Shown here piece by piece: positions 12,529 to 26,827 of a stretch of DNA of 64,000 bases; within the stretch, counting starts at the first letter, position 1; each line of letters begins with the position of its first letter. The position numbers and the translations under genes are program-made. The notes beneath the pieces were generated by a model that saw only the letters and a program-made list of their open reading frames with translations, ran no database searches and was not told where the DNA came from. Source of the DNA: Octopus sinensis (taxonomy: Eukaryota); contig NC_043017.1 in assembly GCF_006345805.1 (NCBI RefSeq), forward strand, positions 12,834,001-12,898,000, given 5' to 3'.

Positions 12529-13198
12529 TGAGTACAAGATACCTTGTGGTTAACCCTGTAAGGGACTGAGAGACCCACTCAGTGAAAAGAGGGTTTTGTA
12601 CCTTCAATCTGAACACTTTGAAAACCCAGATAAATCTTGGCCTTATGAATTTATATGCTCAAAGCAGATTATGCATATATTTATAATGGAAAATGCGAAA
12701 ATTACATCAGTTTAATTTACAAAAAAACAAAAAGAAAGAAAAATGGAATAAAAATGTAAACTATTGCCCTAAATACACACTTCTTTTTTCGTATTCAGAA
12801 TTGTTGAAGCATGAAATAAAGTACCCACATCTGTTGTTAGCTGTCAGAACACAGCATCCTCCAAAAATTCCATGCTCCCTTAAATTCACTAGTACTATCC
12901 CTTATGTGCCTATCTATCTTTTCCTTTCCTCTTTATGTCTCTTTTACAGTTCATGCCTGTCTTTTATGTTTTATTCTATGTACTTTGGACATACTTTTGA
13001 CTATTATTGTTGTCTTTCTTTACTGGACATACATATCTGCTCTCTGTCCCCTCTTTTACTCTTTTCTTATGAGCTGTAGTGCACCTGACTACTCTATATT
13101 ATAAGTTCATTATTATTATCCTTATTACAATTGTTGTTGTTGTTAATCATATACACACAACAGAATAGAAAAATTCCTAACATCGACCACAAGTAACC

Positions 13199-13935
13199 TT
13201 AGATGCCAAGAACCCTCCTAAATATGCTAGCTGTCCCTAATAACACCATTTTCTGGAGCTGTACTAAACTGGGTTCTATGCCTATTTCCTCTACCCATCT
13301 GTTCAAATCTTTAGAGATAGTTCCTAATGCACCTATAACTACTGGAATACATTTTACCCGCACTTTCCATAGTCTCTGTAATTCAATGGCTAGGTCCTGG
13401 TACATTGCTATTTTTTCTAAACCTCTCATATTGATTTTTTTCATCATTTCAGACTGTAAATTCAATTATCTGGCTCTTTCTATTCCCTTTATCTACATCT
13501 ACTAAATCAGGCATTCTAGCTTCTATTACTCTGTCAGTCTGAAAGTTGAAGTCCCTCAACATCTTATATTTCTTACTTTCTAGTACTTTACTAGGGTCGT
13601 GTTCATACCATTTATCAGCATGTTCAAATCCTAACTTTCCACATAACTCCCAGTGGATTACTCTCCATAAGTTATGTCTTTTCTTGTAGTCTTTCTGTGC
13701 CAGCATGCTACTGCATGAGTAACACTTCCCTCTTTTGATTTGCATAACCTACATTGGGAATCTACTTGGTTTTTGTCTATCTTGGCTTTTATCCAATTAA
13801 TCCTTAAAGCTTGATCTTGTGCTGCTACTAAAAAACTTTCTATTATCCTTTTCAGCCTTCCTTTCTGCAACCATAATCATATCTCACTACTATTTACTGC
13901 AACTATCTGCCATGCAATGCATTCTCCTGCCAGTC
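13199..13935 (-). mobile_element. R4/Dong-clade non-LTR retrotransposon 3' fragment (zinc knuckle plus restriction-like endonuclease), frameshifted
   Basis: AAQDQAL...CRLCK...H...C, RHN, DF.FQTDRVIEAR.PD, EK...YQDL..EL.RLW, PVVIGALG spread over three frames. Confidence 0.85.
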
Positions 13936-14706
13936 AGATAACGATTTATTCTTTGTAAGCCTAGTACTTATTCTATCTGGCTCTTTTGCTGAACCACTAA
14001 GTTACGGGGATGTAAACACATCAGCATCGGTTGTCAAGCGATGTTGGGAGGACAAACACAGACACACAAACATATACACATACACATATATATATGCATA
14101 TATACGACGGGCTTCTTTCAGTTTCTGTCTATCATATCCACTCAAGGCTTTGGTCGGCCTGAGGCTATAGTAGAAGACACTTGCCCAAGGTGCCATGCAG
14201 TGGGACTGAACCCAGAAGCATGTGGTTCATAAGCAAGCTACTTACCACACAGCCACTCCTACACCTATATGTGAAAAAAAAAAAGAACTAAAATACACAA
14301 GCAGAAATCATTCTGACATCAACAATGCTCTTCTCAATAGGAATGACATAGCAATTAAAACAATCTATTGCACTGATCATTCACAAATAATCTTCAGTTC
14401 CTTCTTTGATCATTCCTCATGATCCTTCCATCACTTGTATTGCAACCACCTTGAGATGCCACATCTTTTCAATTTCAATTAGCATATACTCTCTCTCTTT
14501 TACTCTTTTACTTGTTTCAGTCATTTGACTGCGGCCATGCTGGAGCACCACCTTTAGTCGAGCAAATCGACCCCGGGACTTATTCTTTGTAAGCCCAGTA
14601 CTTATTCTATCGGTCTCTTTTTGCCGAACTGCTAAGTGACAGGGACGTAAACACACCAGCATCGGTTGTCAAGCAATGCTAGGGGGACAAACACAGACAC
14701 ACAAAA

Positions 14707-14743
<37 letters not shown>

Positions 14744-14874
14744 CATATATACGACAGGCTTCTTTCAGTTTCCGTCTACCAAATCCACTCACAAGGCATT
14801 GGTCGGCCCGGGGCTATAGCAGAAGACACTTGCCCAAGATGCCACGCAGTGGGACTGAACCCGGAACCATTTGA

Positions 14875-15150
14875 GCTTGTCAAATTCTTTCGTCAAGCTA
14901 TTATGATCACAAGGGATACTCATGTGACTTGCTAAACAAACTTTATTGTTTTGGTCTTCCACGACAATATGAAGTTTATTAGCTTTGATGGTCCGGTCTG
15001 TATATACAGTAAAGTCCCAAAGAATCATTAACATTTTCTCCCTCAGTTACAGCCTCAGGGTGGGGATTATACCACTTGTCAGCAGTTTTGATTTTATGAT
15101 GCCAAAGTATTAGCAAGGGTAGATATTAGCAAACCCTGTCATGTCTTGAT
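14875..15150 (-). mobile_element. Degenerate R4/Dong-like endonuclease fragment
   Basis: ILWDFTVYTDRTIKANK motif, adjacent to the (TTC)n/(TTA)n tract. Confidence 0.6.
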
Positions 15151-15174
15151 TTATACTCCTCTAGTGTTAAGACC

Positions 15175-15508
15175 TTCTTCTTCTTCTTCTTCTTTTTTCT
15201 CCTTCTTCTTCTTCTCCTTCTTCTTCTTCTTCTTCTCTTCTTCTCTTCTTCTTCTTCTTCTTCTCTTCTTCTTCTTCTTCTTCTTCTTATTCTTCTTCTT
15301 TTCTTCTTCTTCTCCTTCTTCTTTTCTTCTCTTCTTCTCCTTCTTCTTCTTCTTCTTCTTCTTTTCTTCTTCTTCTTCTTCTTCTCCTTCTTCTTCTTCT
15401 TATTCTTCTTCTTCTTCTCTTCTTCTTCTTATTATTCTTATTATTATTATTATTATTATATTATTATTATTATCATTATTATTATTATCATTATTATTAT
15501 TATTATTA

Positions 15509-15552
<44 letters not shown>

Positions 15553-15582
15553 TTATTATTATTATTATCATTATTATTATTA

Positions 15583-15615
<33 letters not shown>

Positions 15616-15728
15616 TATTCTCCCCTTCGTCTTCTTTTCTTCTTCTTCTTCTTCTTTTCTTCTTCTCTTCTTCTTCTTCTCTTCTTCTTCTTCTTCCTCC
15701 TCCTCCTTCTTCTTCTTCTTCTCTTCTT

Positions 15729-15759
<31 letters not shown>

Positions 15760-15810
15760 TTATCTTCTTATTATTATTATTATTATTATATTATTATCAT
15801 TCTTACTTTT
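15175..15810. repeat. Compound (TTC)n/(TTA)n microsatellite
   Basis: Read directly from the sequence. Confidence 0.97.
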
Positions 15811-16705
15811 ATGATATCTTAACGTCACTTGCAAGAAGTTAGACAAAGGAAAGGCCAAGTGTGGTATGTACCACTAGGGGATTAGGCTTAAGGCATCAGT
15901 TGACCTTAATCCAATCTTGATGGGGATTAATAGATTAGGGAACATAGGGACTGAGTAGTTTTGTAGTGACCTGTTCAAACTAGATTTCTGAGCCTTGTCA
16001 CTGCATATCCCATCCCCTACCCCTGCAACATGATGGGGGGTGGGGGCAAGAGGGCAGGAGGGGGCAGAAAAACTTTTGATTCTCATAATGCCAATTGGTT
16101 TGCTCTCTCTCTCTCTTTCTTTTTTGCACACACTCACATTACAGACATATATATATATACTTACAAACACACACATACACACACACACACTTATTCAGGT
16201 ACGTACACACAAGCCTTCCCACACATACACGCACTCACAGTCAAAAACACACATACATGCATATCCATATACATGAACATATAGAAATACAAACACACAC
16301 TCTCTCTCTCCCTCGCTTTCTCTCTCTTTCTCTTTCTCTTTCTCTTTCTCTCGTTCACTCTCTCTCTCTTTCTCTTTCTCTCTCTCACACACACAAATAC
16401 ACACACATATGCACTCACATACATACAGATTCACATACAAACACATGCACACATGCACACACACACACACACACATTTGATTGCCATCTTCATCATCATC
16501 ATCATCATCAAAATCTACCCATCTTTCCATCTATTTATGTATTCATCTCTCTCTCTCTCTTTCTCCCTATTTAACCTATCTATCTATCTATCTATCTATC
16601 TATCTCTCTATCTATCTATCTTTCTATCTATCTTTCTATCTATCAATCTATCTACATATCTATCTATGTATTTATCTAATTTCCCTCTCTATCTATCTAT
16701 CTATG

Positions 16706-16741
<36 letters not shown>

Positions 16742-17207
16742 CGTCTGTCTGTCTATCTATCTGTCTGTCTGTCCAGTTAGCTTGTGAGCTAGCTGTCTTT
16801 CTTTCTGTCTGTCTGTCTATTTATCTTTCTGCCTCCCTACCTATTTCCTTCTCTTCAACTATCATGATTAAACAAGTTAATCTAAACACTAAGACCCCTA
16901 CCCATAAAGCTAAGTCTCTTATATATACACTTCCTATATCCATAACATTTTGTTTATATATCAGGCCATCCCATAAGTTCTGTATGCTTTGACCTTTTTT
17001 AAAATTGAATGAAATTTAATAGAATTTTAGAATGTCTAATGGAATTAAAAATTATTTTTATGCATTTGTGTACATTTAAACTAATTAAATATTATTTTAC
17101 AGAATAATAGAATTAAAATTTCTTTGATTAAAACCCTTTCTAACATGGAAGTATCCAGAGAGCATTTGAGGTACATAATGCATTATGAATATAAAAAGGG
17201 AAACTCT

Positions 17208-17673
17208 GCAGCCGAAGCGACTCGAAACATATGGTTCTTGGTCTCAAGAATTTGTCTTATGAAGAAAGGCTGAAGACGCTCGACCTTTATTCTCTAGAAA
17301 AACGCTGATGCTGTGGTGATCTCATTCTTGCTCACAACATCATAAGCAGAAAGTGTAACCTCTCAAAATAGCTGTTCTTCACTCCTGCTCCAGAGCGTCG
17401 GCTGCGGGGTCATTCCGAAAAGCTCTATCTGCGACGATTTCATCTCAAACGAAGGAGAGGGGCTTTCTCCATCCGGGTTGCGGATCCGTGGAATAAGCTG
17501 CCGGACGAGATGGTGAAGATGCCGACGATCGCTCGGTTCAAAGTCTCCCTTGACCACAAGTGGCCCGAACTCTTTACATGAACACCACCCTGTACATAAC
17601 TCCATGTCCCCCTACATGGCCTTGCTTTTTGCTTTTTGAGCCAAAAAATTAACTAACTAACTTAACTAACTAA
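17208..17673 (+). mobile_element. CR1-type LINE 3' end, second family, with an (AACT)n tail
   Basis: YEERLKTLDLYSLEKR..GDLI...LRGHSEKL...FSIRV..WNKLP, with stops. Confidence 0.8.
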
Positions 17674-17679
17674 CATACA

Positions 17680-17860
17680 CTCAGTTTATGGGAAAGAATG
17701 CTTGAATGAAAGAACTTGCAGAAGATGGTTTGCAAAATTCAGAAGTGGAGATTTCAGCCTTGAAGATGAAGATCGAACAGGACGTCCAGTTGAGTTTGAT
17801 GATAAGCTCCTTGAGGCATTACTTGAAGAAAATACCCGCATTATCAGTTGAAGAATTGGC
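17680..17860 (+). mobile_element. Mariner (Mos1-like) HTH remnant
   Basis: ERTCRRWFAKFRSGDFSLEDEDRTGRP...LEALLEEN...SVEELA. Confidence 0.75.
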
Positions 17861-18199
17861 ACCTTTAACCCATCAATTTCTCTATTTTCTCAACTGGTGT
17901 CACCATGCCTCACCTTGTTTTTGTCCCTCTATCATATTTTAACCTTTCATCACCTGACATAAAGCCACCTCCCTCAGTATTAAAAGCCTCCGCGAGTTGA
18001 GAGAGAGAGAGAGTCGAGGTACTTGATGACCTGCCATGGGAAACAGAATCTTGTCCTCTCTGTAAAGTGGTTGGCATTAGGAAGGGCGTGGAGCCATATA
18101 AACTGTGCCAAAGTAGACATTGGAGTTCAACATAGTTCTCTGGCTTGTCACATCCTGTTGAATCATCTAACCCTTGCCAGCATGGAGGACAGATGTTAA

Positions 18200-18620
18200 A
18201 TGATGATGGTGGTGGTGGTGGTGGTGGTAGTGGTGGTGGTGGCGGTGGTAGTGGTGGTGGTGGTGATGGTGGTGGTGGTGGTGGTGATGGTGATGGCGGC
18301 GGCGGCGGCAGTGGTGGTGACAGTGGTTGTGGTGGTGGTGGTGATGGCGGCGGCGGCAGTGGTGGTGACAGTGGTGTGGTGGTGGTGGTGGTGATGGTGG
18401 TGGTGGTGATGGTGGTGGTGGTGGTGGTGGTGGTGGTGGTGGTGGTGATGGCGGCGGCGGTGGCAGTGGTGATGACAGTAATTGTAGTGGTGGTGACAGT
18501 AATTGTAGTGGTGGTGGTGGTGATAGTGGTGGTGGTGGTGGTGGCAGTGATGATGACCATGATGATAATGATGATGATGATGATGAGGAGGAGGAGGATT
18601 ATGGTGGTGGTGATGATGTT
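18200..18620. repeat. (GGT)n/(GAT)n low-complexity tract (similar tracts at 20105-20315, 24935-25085, 26445-26665, 53565-53915)
   Basis: Read directly from the sequence. Confidence 0.95.
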
Positions 18621-19358
18621 GCTAATCTCTTTTATCTCGTTTATCTCTTTTACTTGTTTCAGTCATTTGACTGCGGCCATGCTGGAGCACCCCAGGACTC
18701 ATTCTTTGTAAGCCTAGTACTTATTCTATCAGTCTCTTTTGCCGAACCGCTAAGTTACGGGAATGTAAACACACCAGCATCGGTTGTCAAGTGATGTTGG
18801 GGGGACAAACACAGACACACAAACATATACACACTCATACACACACACACACATATATATATATACATATATACAACAGGCTTCTTTCAGTTTTTGTCTA
18901 CCAAATCCACTCACAAGGCTTTGGTCGGCCCGAGGCTATAGTAGAAGACACTTGCCCAAGGTGCCACGCAGTGGGACTGAACCCAGAACCATGTGGTTGG
19001 TAAGCAAGCTACTTACCAATGGTTTCTTTTGCTGTTATAAAACTTTGTTTACACGGACTTTTTTCTTTCGAAAAACAGACAAAACCCTTTGTAACCTTTC
19101 GTCCTGTTTTGTCCCTTTATGTTTTATAATCATGTGTGTCAGCCCTTGTGGCCAATGAAAGAATAATTATTTTATGATGATGATGATGATAGGCGCAGGA
19201 GTGGCTGTGTGGTAGTAGCTTGCTAACACATGGTCGGGTTCAGTCCCACTGCGTGGTATCTTGGGCAATTTGCAAGTGTCTCTACTATAGCTCGGCCGAC
19301 CAAAGCCTTGTGAGCGGATTTGGTAGACGGAAACTGAAAGAAGCCCGTCGTATATATG

Positions 19359-19391
<33 letters not shown>

Positions 19392-22300
19392 ATATGTTTG
19401 TGTGTCTGTGTTTGTCCCCCAAGCATTGCTTGACAACCGATGCTGGTGTGTTTACGTCCCCGTCACTCAGTGGTTCGGCAAAAGAGACCGATAGAATAAG
19501 TACTATGCTTACAAAAGAATAAGTTCCGGGGTCGATTTGCTCGACTAAATGCGGTGCTCCAGCATGGCCGCAGTCAAATGACTGAAACAAGTAAAAGGGT
19601 AAAAGAGTAAAAGAGACGGACATACAGGCAGGCAGACAGGCAGGTATAGTATTATTCTTATGAAATTTACAGCATACATTCCTTTTAAAACATTTTTTTA
19701 TTTGTATGCATTGAGCACTCTATGCTCCATTGATTTCTACGTATTTATATGGCTGTGTATGCTCTAATTTTCTTACCTCAGTTTCTTTATTTAGCATGGA
19801 ATTTGTGCTCCAAATATATTTTCCTTCTCTCCTTTATTGCCTTGGCACACTTTTCTGAGTCTAATCTCAAGTCAGTTTTTCTTGTGGAGTTATAAACTTT
19901 CTTGAAGATTTTTAATTATTTATCATCTACAGCTGTGATTTTCAACCAAAATCCATATGACTCTTGGTGTTCCATATAAGATTTTGTGGGGTCCATGCAA
20001 GCAAAATAGTGAATTGGGGATCCACAGTAGATCCAAGAAGAAAATTTGTTATAGATGTATTTTTTGTAAGAAACAGTGATATTCCTTTCTCTAATGTTGA
20101 AGTGTGGAGGCAGTGGCGGTGGGGGTGGGGTGGCGGTGGCGGTGGGGTTGGCGGTGGCGGTGGGGGTGGCGGTGGTGGTGCTGGTGGTGCTGGTGCTGGT
20201 GGTGGTGGTGCTGGTGCTGGTGCTGGTGCTGGTGGTGGCGGTGGGGTGGTGGTGGCGGTGGTGGTGGTGGTGGTGGTTTTGGTGGTGATGATGATGATGA
20301 TGATGACGATGGTGATTTGAAGTTATGATGTCATATAGTGACGTTGACATGTATGACACCAAGATACTTTATTTTTGACCTATAAATTCTTCATCTGCAA
20401 GTTCTACATCAGGACAGTACTCTAAGATGAGGTACTGGTATCAAAATCTATGAAACGATGACAGGGACTTATGCTATTTGTTTTATATTTACATTATTTA
20501 CATTACAGAACTGTATTGTATTATATTTCTTTACAACTCATAGAATCCAGGTTGTCAAGTAGAGAACAAGTTTGCTTCAATGGTTCCCTTTTGGTAAAAA
20601 AAGTCACACAGTTTTTTGTTAGCCAGGACATCTTGAAACTGAGAATCAAGAAATTAGTCATAAGCCAGTAATCAGCACAGTCAGTCATTTTGAGTTCAAG
20701 CGAAAATGTACTTTCACGATTTATTAGAATCTATTTATATTTTCGTCTGAATAACTTTCTTCAAACCGGACAAACAACAACATGCAAATTCTCTGAAAAT
20801 AATCTTTTATGTTTTATCTTTTTTTTGTTTTAGTTGTTTAGAGTGAGGCCATGCTGGGGCACCACCTCGAAGACCTTTTAGTCAAATGAATCGATGCCAG
20901 TACTTATTTTTTTAGTTTTAATCCCGGAACTTATTCTATCGGTCTCTCTTGCCAAACTGCTAAGTTACAAGGATGTAAACAAACCAACACTGGTTGTCAA
21001 GTGGTAGTGGGGAACAAACACACACTAACACACACACACACACACACACTGACACACGTAACAGGCTTCTTTCAGTTTCTTCTTTTTTTATATTGCCCAC
21101 AAGGGGCTAAACATAGAGGGGACAGACAAAGGGATTAAGTTGGTTATATCAACCCCAGTGCGTAACTGGAACTTAATTCATTGACCCCGAAAGAATGAAA
21201 GGCAAAGTCGACCTCGGCGGAATATGAACTCAGATCTCTTTACTACCCACAGATAGGACAAACAAGGACAGACAAATGGATTAAGTCAATTATATTGATC
21301 CCAGTGCATAACTGATACTTATTTAATCGACCCCAAAAGGATGAAAGGCAAAGTCGACCTCAGTAGAATTTGAACTCAGAATGTAGTGGCAGACGAAATA
21401 CCACTAAGCATTTCACTCGGCATGCTAACATTTCTGCCAGCTCACCACCTTTCAGTTTCTGTCTACCAATTTCACTCACAAGACTTTGGTGAACCCAAGG
21501 CTATAGGAGAAGAAACTTGTCCAAGAGGTCGTGCAGTAGGACTTAACCTAAAATCATGTGGTTACCACACAGCTATGCCTACACCTATAATGTATAAAAT
21601 TTCACAATATAATGGGTTTATGCATTTATCATAAACTCCACCCACGTATTCAGTCAACAGGGCTTGTCCCATTTCTTTTCCTGTCATGCGGTTACTTGAC
21701 AACCTCACGAATGTCAGTGACACAAAAAAGCTCACAGTACACACTGTGAAGTGGTTGGTGTTGTAAACAGCGTCCAGCTATAGAAGTCATACCAAAGTAA
21801 TTAATAATCAAGGATAATGACAAGGCATGTGGTCAAGTGGTTCGGTTGTTGCCCTCACAATCATGAGGTTGTGGTTTTAACTCCTGAACTAGGTGATGCA
21901 GTGATTCCTTGAGTAAAACCTTTCAAGTTGCTCCTGTCTGCAATGGGCTGGCATCACATTCAGAGGGAGTGTTGTTTTCTTGCTCACTTATGCACCCTGT
22001 AAACCAGGTAGCCAGAATTATGAGTCATGAGTCATGTTGTTATTAACCTTTAGTATCCCAACCTTTAAAACAAGAATTTTGCTTGCATGGACCCCAAAAA
22101 ATCTTATATGGAACCCCAGGAGTCATATGGACCTTGTTTCAGAATCACAGCTGTAGATGATAAATAATTAAAATTCCTCAAGAAAGTTTATAACTCCACA
22201 AGAAAAACTGACTTGAGATTAGACTCAGAAAAGTGTGCCAAGGCAATAAAGGAGCATGTGTGTCTGTGTTTGTCCCCCTAGCATTGCTTGACAATCGATG

Positions 22301-23996
22301 CTGGTGTGTTTACGTCCCCGTCACTTAGCGGTTCGGCAAAAGAGACCGATAGAATAAGAACTGGGCTTACAAAGAATAAGTCCCGGGGTCGATTTGCTCG
22401 ACTAAAGGCGGTGCTCCAGCATGGCCGCAGTCAAATGACTGAAACAAGTAAAAGAGTAAAAGAGAGTATCCCAACCTTTAAAACAAGAATTAGGGAGTCA
22501 AAAGTATCTCCCAACTGGGAAGTCATGCACATCAACTCTAAAACATGAATTGGGGACCACTTTTGATTCACCCTATATATTCCTACAAGGCAATGGGACC
22601 TACGAACGTCTCTTACAGCTTGTTATAACTAAAATCATTAAAACAGTGGCTGGAAAATCTCTCTCAAACAGTGAATTCATTTATAAGCTACACACCACAC
22701 ATGTTTGTTTAAAATCTTTCCTCATGATAAAATAATCTTAAGTCATGACTGATCATGATTTTTTGAAATACTAAAGTATTATATTGCTTAACAATGTCTT
22801 CTCCTATCTTTATATATGTCTGCGTGTGGGGGTGGGGATAGGACAATCTGATAAAAAAGTATTACTGTAATCTTTTCATGGTGTTGTTGCTGTTGTTGTT
22901 TATCCCCAGGTCTGTTCTGATTGGGTAGAAATGCAAATGAAAAATTGAAGGAATTCCAGCCATGACTATCCTGCCTTGTTTTCTTTAATCATAGGCACAT
23001 GCATGGCTATGTGGCAAGAAGATTTTGCTTCCCAACCACACAGTTCCAAGTTCAGACCCACTGAGTGTCATCTTGGGCAAGTGTCTTCTACTATAGCCCT
23101 GCACAGATTAAACCCTTGTGATAAGATTTTGTTGACAGAAACTGAAAGAAGCCTGTCTTATATATATATATATATATATATATACAGAGAGAGAGGGAGG
23201 GAGAGAGACAGACAGACAGATAAATAGATATGTATGCAGGGTGTGGTGAATACATTGTCGTCTAAATTACTCAAAAATGAAAATAACACTGACATCTCAT
23301 TTTAACAGAATATTTTACTCTTTTACTTGTTTCAGTCATTTGACTATGGCCATGCTGGAGCACCGCCTTTAGTTGAGCAAATCAACCCCAGGACTTATTC
23401 TTTGTAAGCCTGGTACTTATACTATCGGTCTCTCTTGCTGAACCACTAAGTTACGGGTATGTAAACACACGACCATCAGTTGTCAAGCAATGCTAGAGGG
23501 ATAAACACAGACACACAAGCATATACACACACATACATATATATACATATATACGACAAACGGATTAAGTCAATTACATCGATCCCAGTGCGTAACTGGT
23601 ACTTAATTTATTGACCCTGAAAGGATGAAAGGCAAAGTCAACCTTGTCAGAATTTGAACTCAGAACGTAACAGCGAACGAAATACAGCTAAGCATTTTGC
23701 TCGGCATGCTAATATTTCTGCTAGCTCACCACCTTTTAGCATGCTAATGATTCTGCCTGCTTGCCACCGTCTTTAAATTTTGGCATGGGGCCAGCAATTT
23801 CAGAGGACAGGATAAGTTGATTACATTGACCCCAGTGTTCAACTGGTACTTATTTGACCAACCCCAAAAGGGATGAAAGACAAAGGTGACCTTGGCAGAA
23901 TTTGAACTCAGAATGTAACGGCAGACGAAATACTTATTTCTTTACTACCCACAAGGGGCTAAACACAGAGAAGACAAACAAGGACAGACAAAGGAA

Positions 23997-24224
23997 TTAA
24001 CCCTTTAGTATTCAGATTATTCTGTTAAATGTAATACTTTTTCACTCAAATTGTTTTGAATTAATCATGCATTATCTTATAGCTTTGAGGTTTCAATGAT
24101 GTGATTGTTTATTTTTAGCATGACATTGTAGGTTAGGTGTGAGAGGCTAGATATCACCAGTTTGAATATAAAACATACAGAATATTTGGGCCGGATATGG
24201 CCAGTTTAAACACTAAAGGGTTAA
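23997..24224. mobile_element. piggyBac-like MITE (second subfamily) inserted into a SINE
   Basis: TTAA-CCCTTTAGT...ACTAAAGGG-TTAA. SINE sequence resumes on both sides. Confidence 0.8.
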
Positions 24225-25144
24225 GTCGATTATATTGACTCCAGTGTGTAACTGGTACTTATTTAATCGACCCCGAAAGGATGAAAGGCAAAGTCGACCT
24301 CAGCAGAATTTGAACTTAGAACATAGCGGCAGACGAAATACCGCTAACCATTTCACCCAGCGTGTGAACAATTCTGCCAACTCACTGCTTTTCAGCAAGA
24401 CAAATGATACTAGCATGTTTGATGATTCATTTAAGAATTGAAGCATTTAACTAGTTGAAATTTTGCCAAAAGTTTGCAAATTCTCTTCTTATTTGCATTT
24501 TTTGTCGTTACTATATAATGAGATAACAAACCCTAGAAAATCTTGTGTAAATCTTGACGAAAATAATGAAAAATACTCATTGGAATATTTAGAATTTCAC
24601 TGTCTGGAAAGTCACCTCCCATTGAAATAATTTAATCAGTGTTTGCTATGTAGCATGAGTGAATATGTGGTGGCCTAGTGGTTAGTGTGTTGCACTCACG
24701 ATTTCAAGATCATGGTTTCAATTCCTGGACTGGGCATTGTATTGTGTCCTTGTGCAAAACACTTCATTTCCTGTTGCTCCAGTCCACTCAGCTGTAAATG
24801 AGTTAACCCCGCAATGGACTCGTGTCCCATTCAGAGGGAATTTTGTGATCTTGGTCATTTATATATATATACCATAGAAATTAGGTAAACCGGCTCCATT
24901 AGTCCAGGGAATCAAAACAATAATATCCAGGGTTGATGCTGATGGTGGTGGTGGTCACTGCGGCGGTGGTGGTGGTCACTGCGGTAGTGGTGATGATGGT
25001 GGTGGCGGTGGTCATAGTCATGGTAATGGTGATGATAGTTATGGGGGTGGTGGTGGTGGTGGTGGTGGTGGTCGTGGTGGTGATGTACCATTCTTCAACA
25101 ATGTCACTTTGCATCCCGACATCTAGTTCATGGGTTTCCGCAGG

Positions 25145-25350
25145 TTTTATTATTTAATTTGCTGGGTCTGAAAAGAAGGCGCAGCACCCGTGTCCTTCGC
25201 AGGCCTTCCAAGACTGGTGGAACTGATGCCATTAATGTTCCTCTTGAACCCTTGCAAATCAACACCTGCAGGAAAGATATGAGTGGGGATGGAATTCTGG
25301 AGGGATGATACTGTGGGGAGGAAAGACTCGGTGTCATGATAAAACATTCC
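25145..25350 (-). mobile_element. LINE (Jockey/CR1-group) 3' end remnant
   Basis: SFLPTVSSLQNSIPTHIFP..DLQGFKRNIN resembles the C-terminal SF.P....WNSLP...F...DL..FK..IN motif. Confidence 0.55.
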
Positions 25351-26791
25351 TGGAAGCCACTAACCCAAAGTGCCACTAAGTAGAAGTGAACCCAGAGGCT
25401 ATATGCCACAAAGTTGGTTTCTTAATTATCCACCTAGGCCTGCACCCAGGTTTGGGTGTATAGTTAAAGATGTTTTCATTAATTAATTAATGCTTTGTTG
25501 ATATTATGGTGAAATATTTCATTTGATTATGTAAAGGAATTTCAGTGATGACGGAAGTGGGAGTTGAGGTTGGGGTCTACATCATTAATCAGATATTTGC
25601 ACCATGGAAATCACAGATTTATCTAGATTAATGAGTAATGACTAATGCCTGGTGGCCTAGATTTTTGTGTTTTTGGCTTCTGCATTTAACTATGGAACTT
25701 TAAATAAATTATAATAAATTATGTTTAATTAGATTTTTGTGTTTTTGGCTTCTGCATTTAACTATGGAACTTTAAATAAATTATAATAAATTATGTTTAA
25801 TTATATCATATTGGTTTCAAATTTTGGCACCAGGTCAGCAATTTTAGGAGAAGGGGAAAGTTGATTACATTAACCCCAGAGCATAACTGGTACTTATTTT
25901 ATCAACCCCAAAATGGTGAAAAGCAGAGTTGACCTCAGCAGAATTTGAACTCAGAATGTAAGACAGATGAAATGTGACGAAAATATTGGTGTGCTAATGA
26001 TTCTGCCAACTCACTTGACTTGTTAAATTATATTACATTAAACTATATTATGGCATTATATGATATATTTTTGATTCATTTCATGCAAGTGAGCTGATCT
26101 GAGATCGTGTTCTGGAACAAAAACAGTTGCAGCATGGAAGGTGTTTATAAGCCATTTAAGAAACACCCAAAAACCGTTAGACATTTAAATTTACTTTGCC
26201 AAAATATTTTCGTCATTTTGAGACCGCGACCTTTCCACTGACAAAATTCCGTGCTGCATGGAATTTTGTCAGTGAACAGGTCACAGTCTCAAATCTACTT
26301 AAGGGTCTGTTTGAGTGATATAATAAAAGACACTAGTCCAAGGTGTCACTCTGTGGGACTGAACTCAAGACCACATGGTTGGGAAGCAAGTTTCTGCACT
26401 ACTCGGCCATGCCTCAGCATGTCAAAAATTAATGAAAAACTATGTGGTAGTGGTGGCGGTGGCGGCAGTGGCAGTGGTGGTGGTGGTCATGATGGTGATG
26501 ATGATGATGAAGGTGATGATGATGATGATGATGATGAGGAGGAGGAGGATGATGATGATGATGACGACGACGACGACGATGATGATGACGATGATGATGA
26601 TGATGATGACGATGATGATGATGATAATGAGGAGGAGGAGGAGTCTGACAAAGATGATGATGTATAGAATGCTGATTGTTGTCTACATCAGTGTAATGTC
26701 AGGCTGCCTTAAAATGCCGATCATTACTCACATTAATGTCAGTCTGTCTAGAATGAGATGTGTCGACCACTGTAATAACAACAACAACAGC

Positions 26792-26827
<36 letters not shown>

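Noticed and set aside
17910-18711. Gly-rich, Pro-rich and mucin-like ORFs (also 53409-54010)
   Set aside because: (GGT)n tracts that continue SINE tails, with no supporting splice or gene context.
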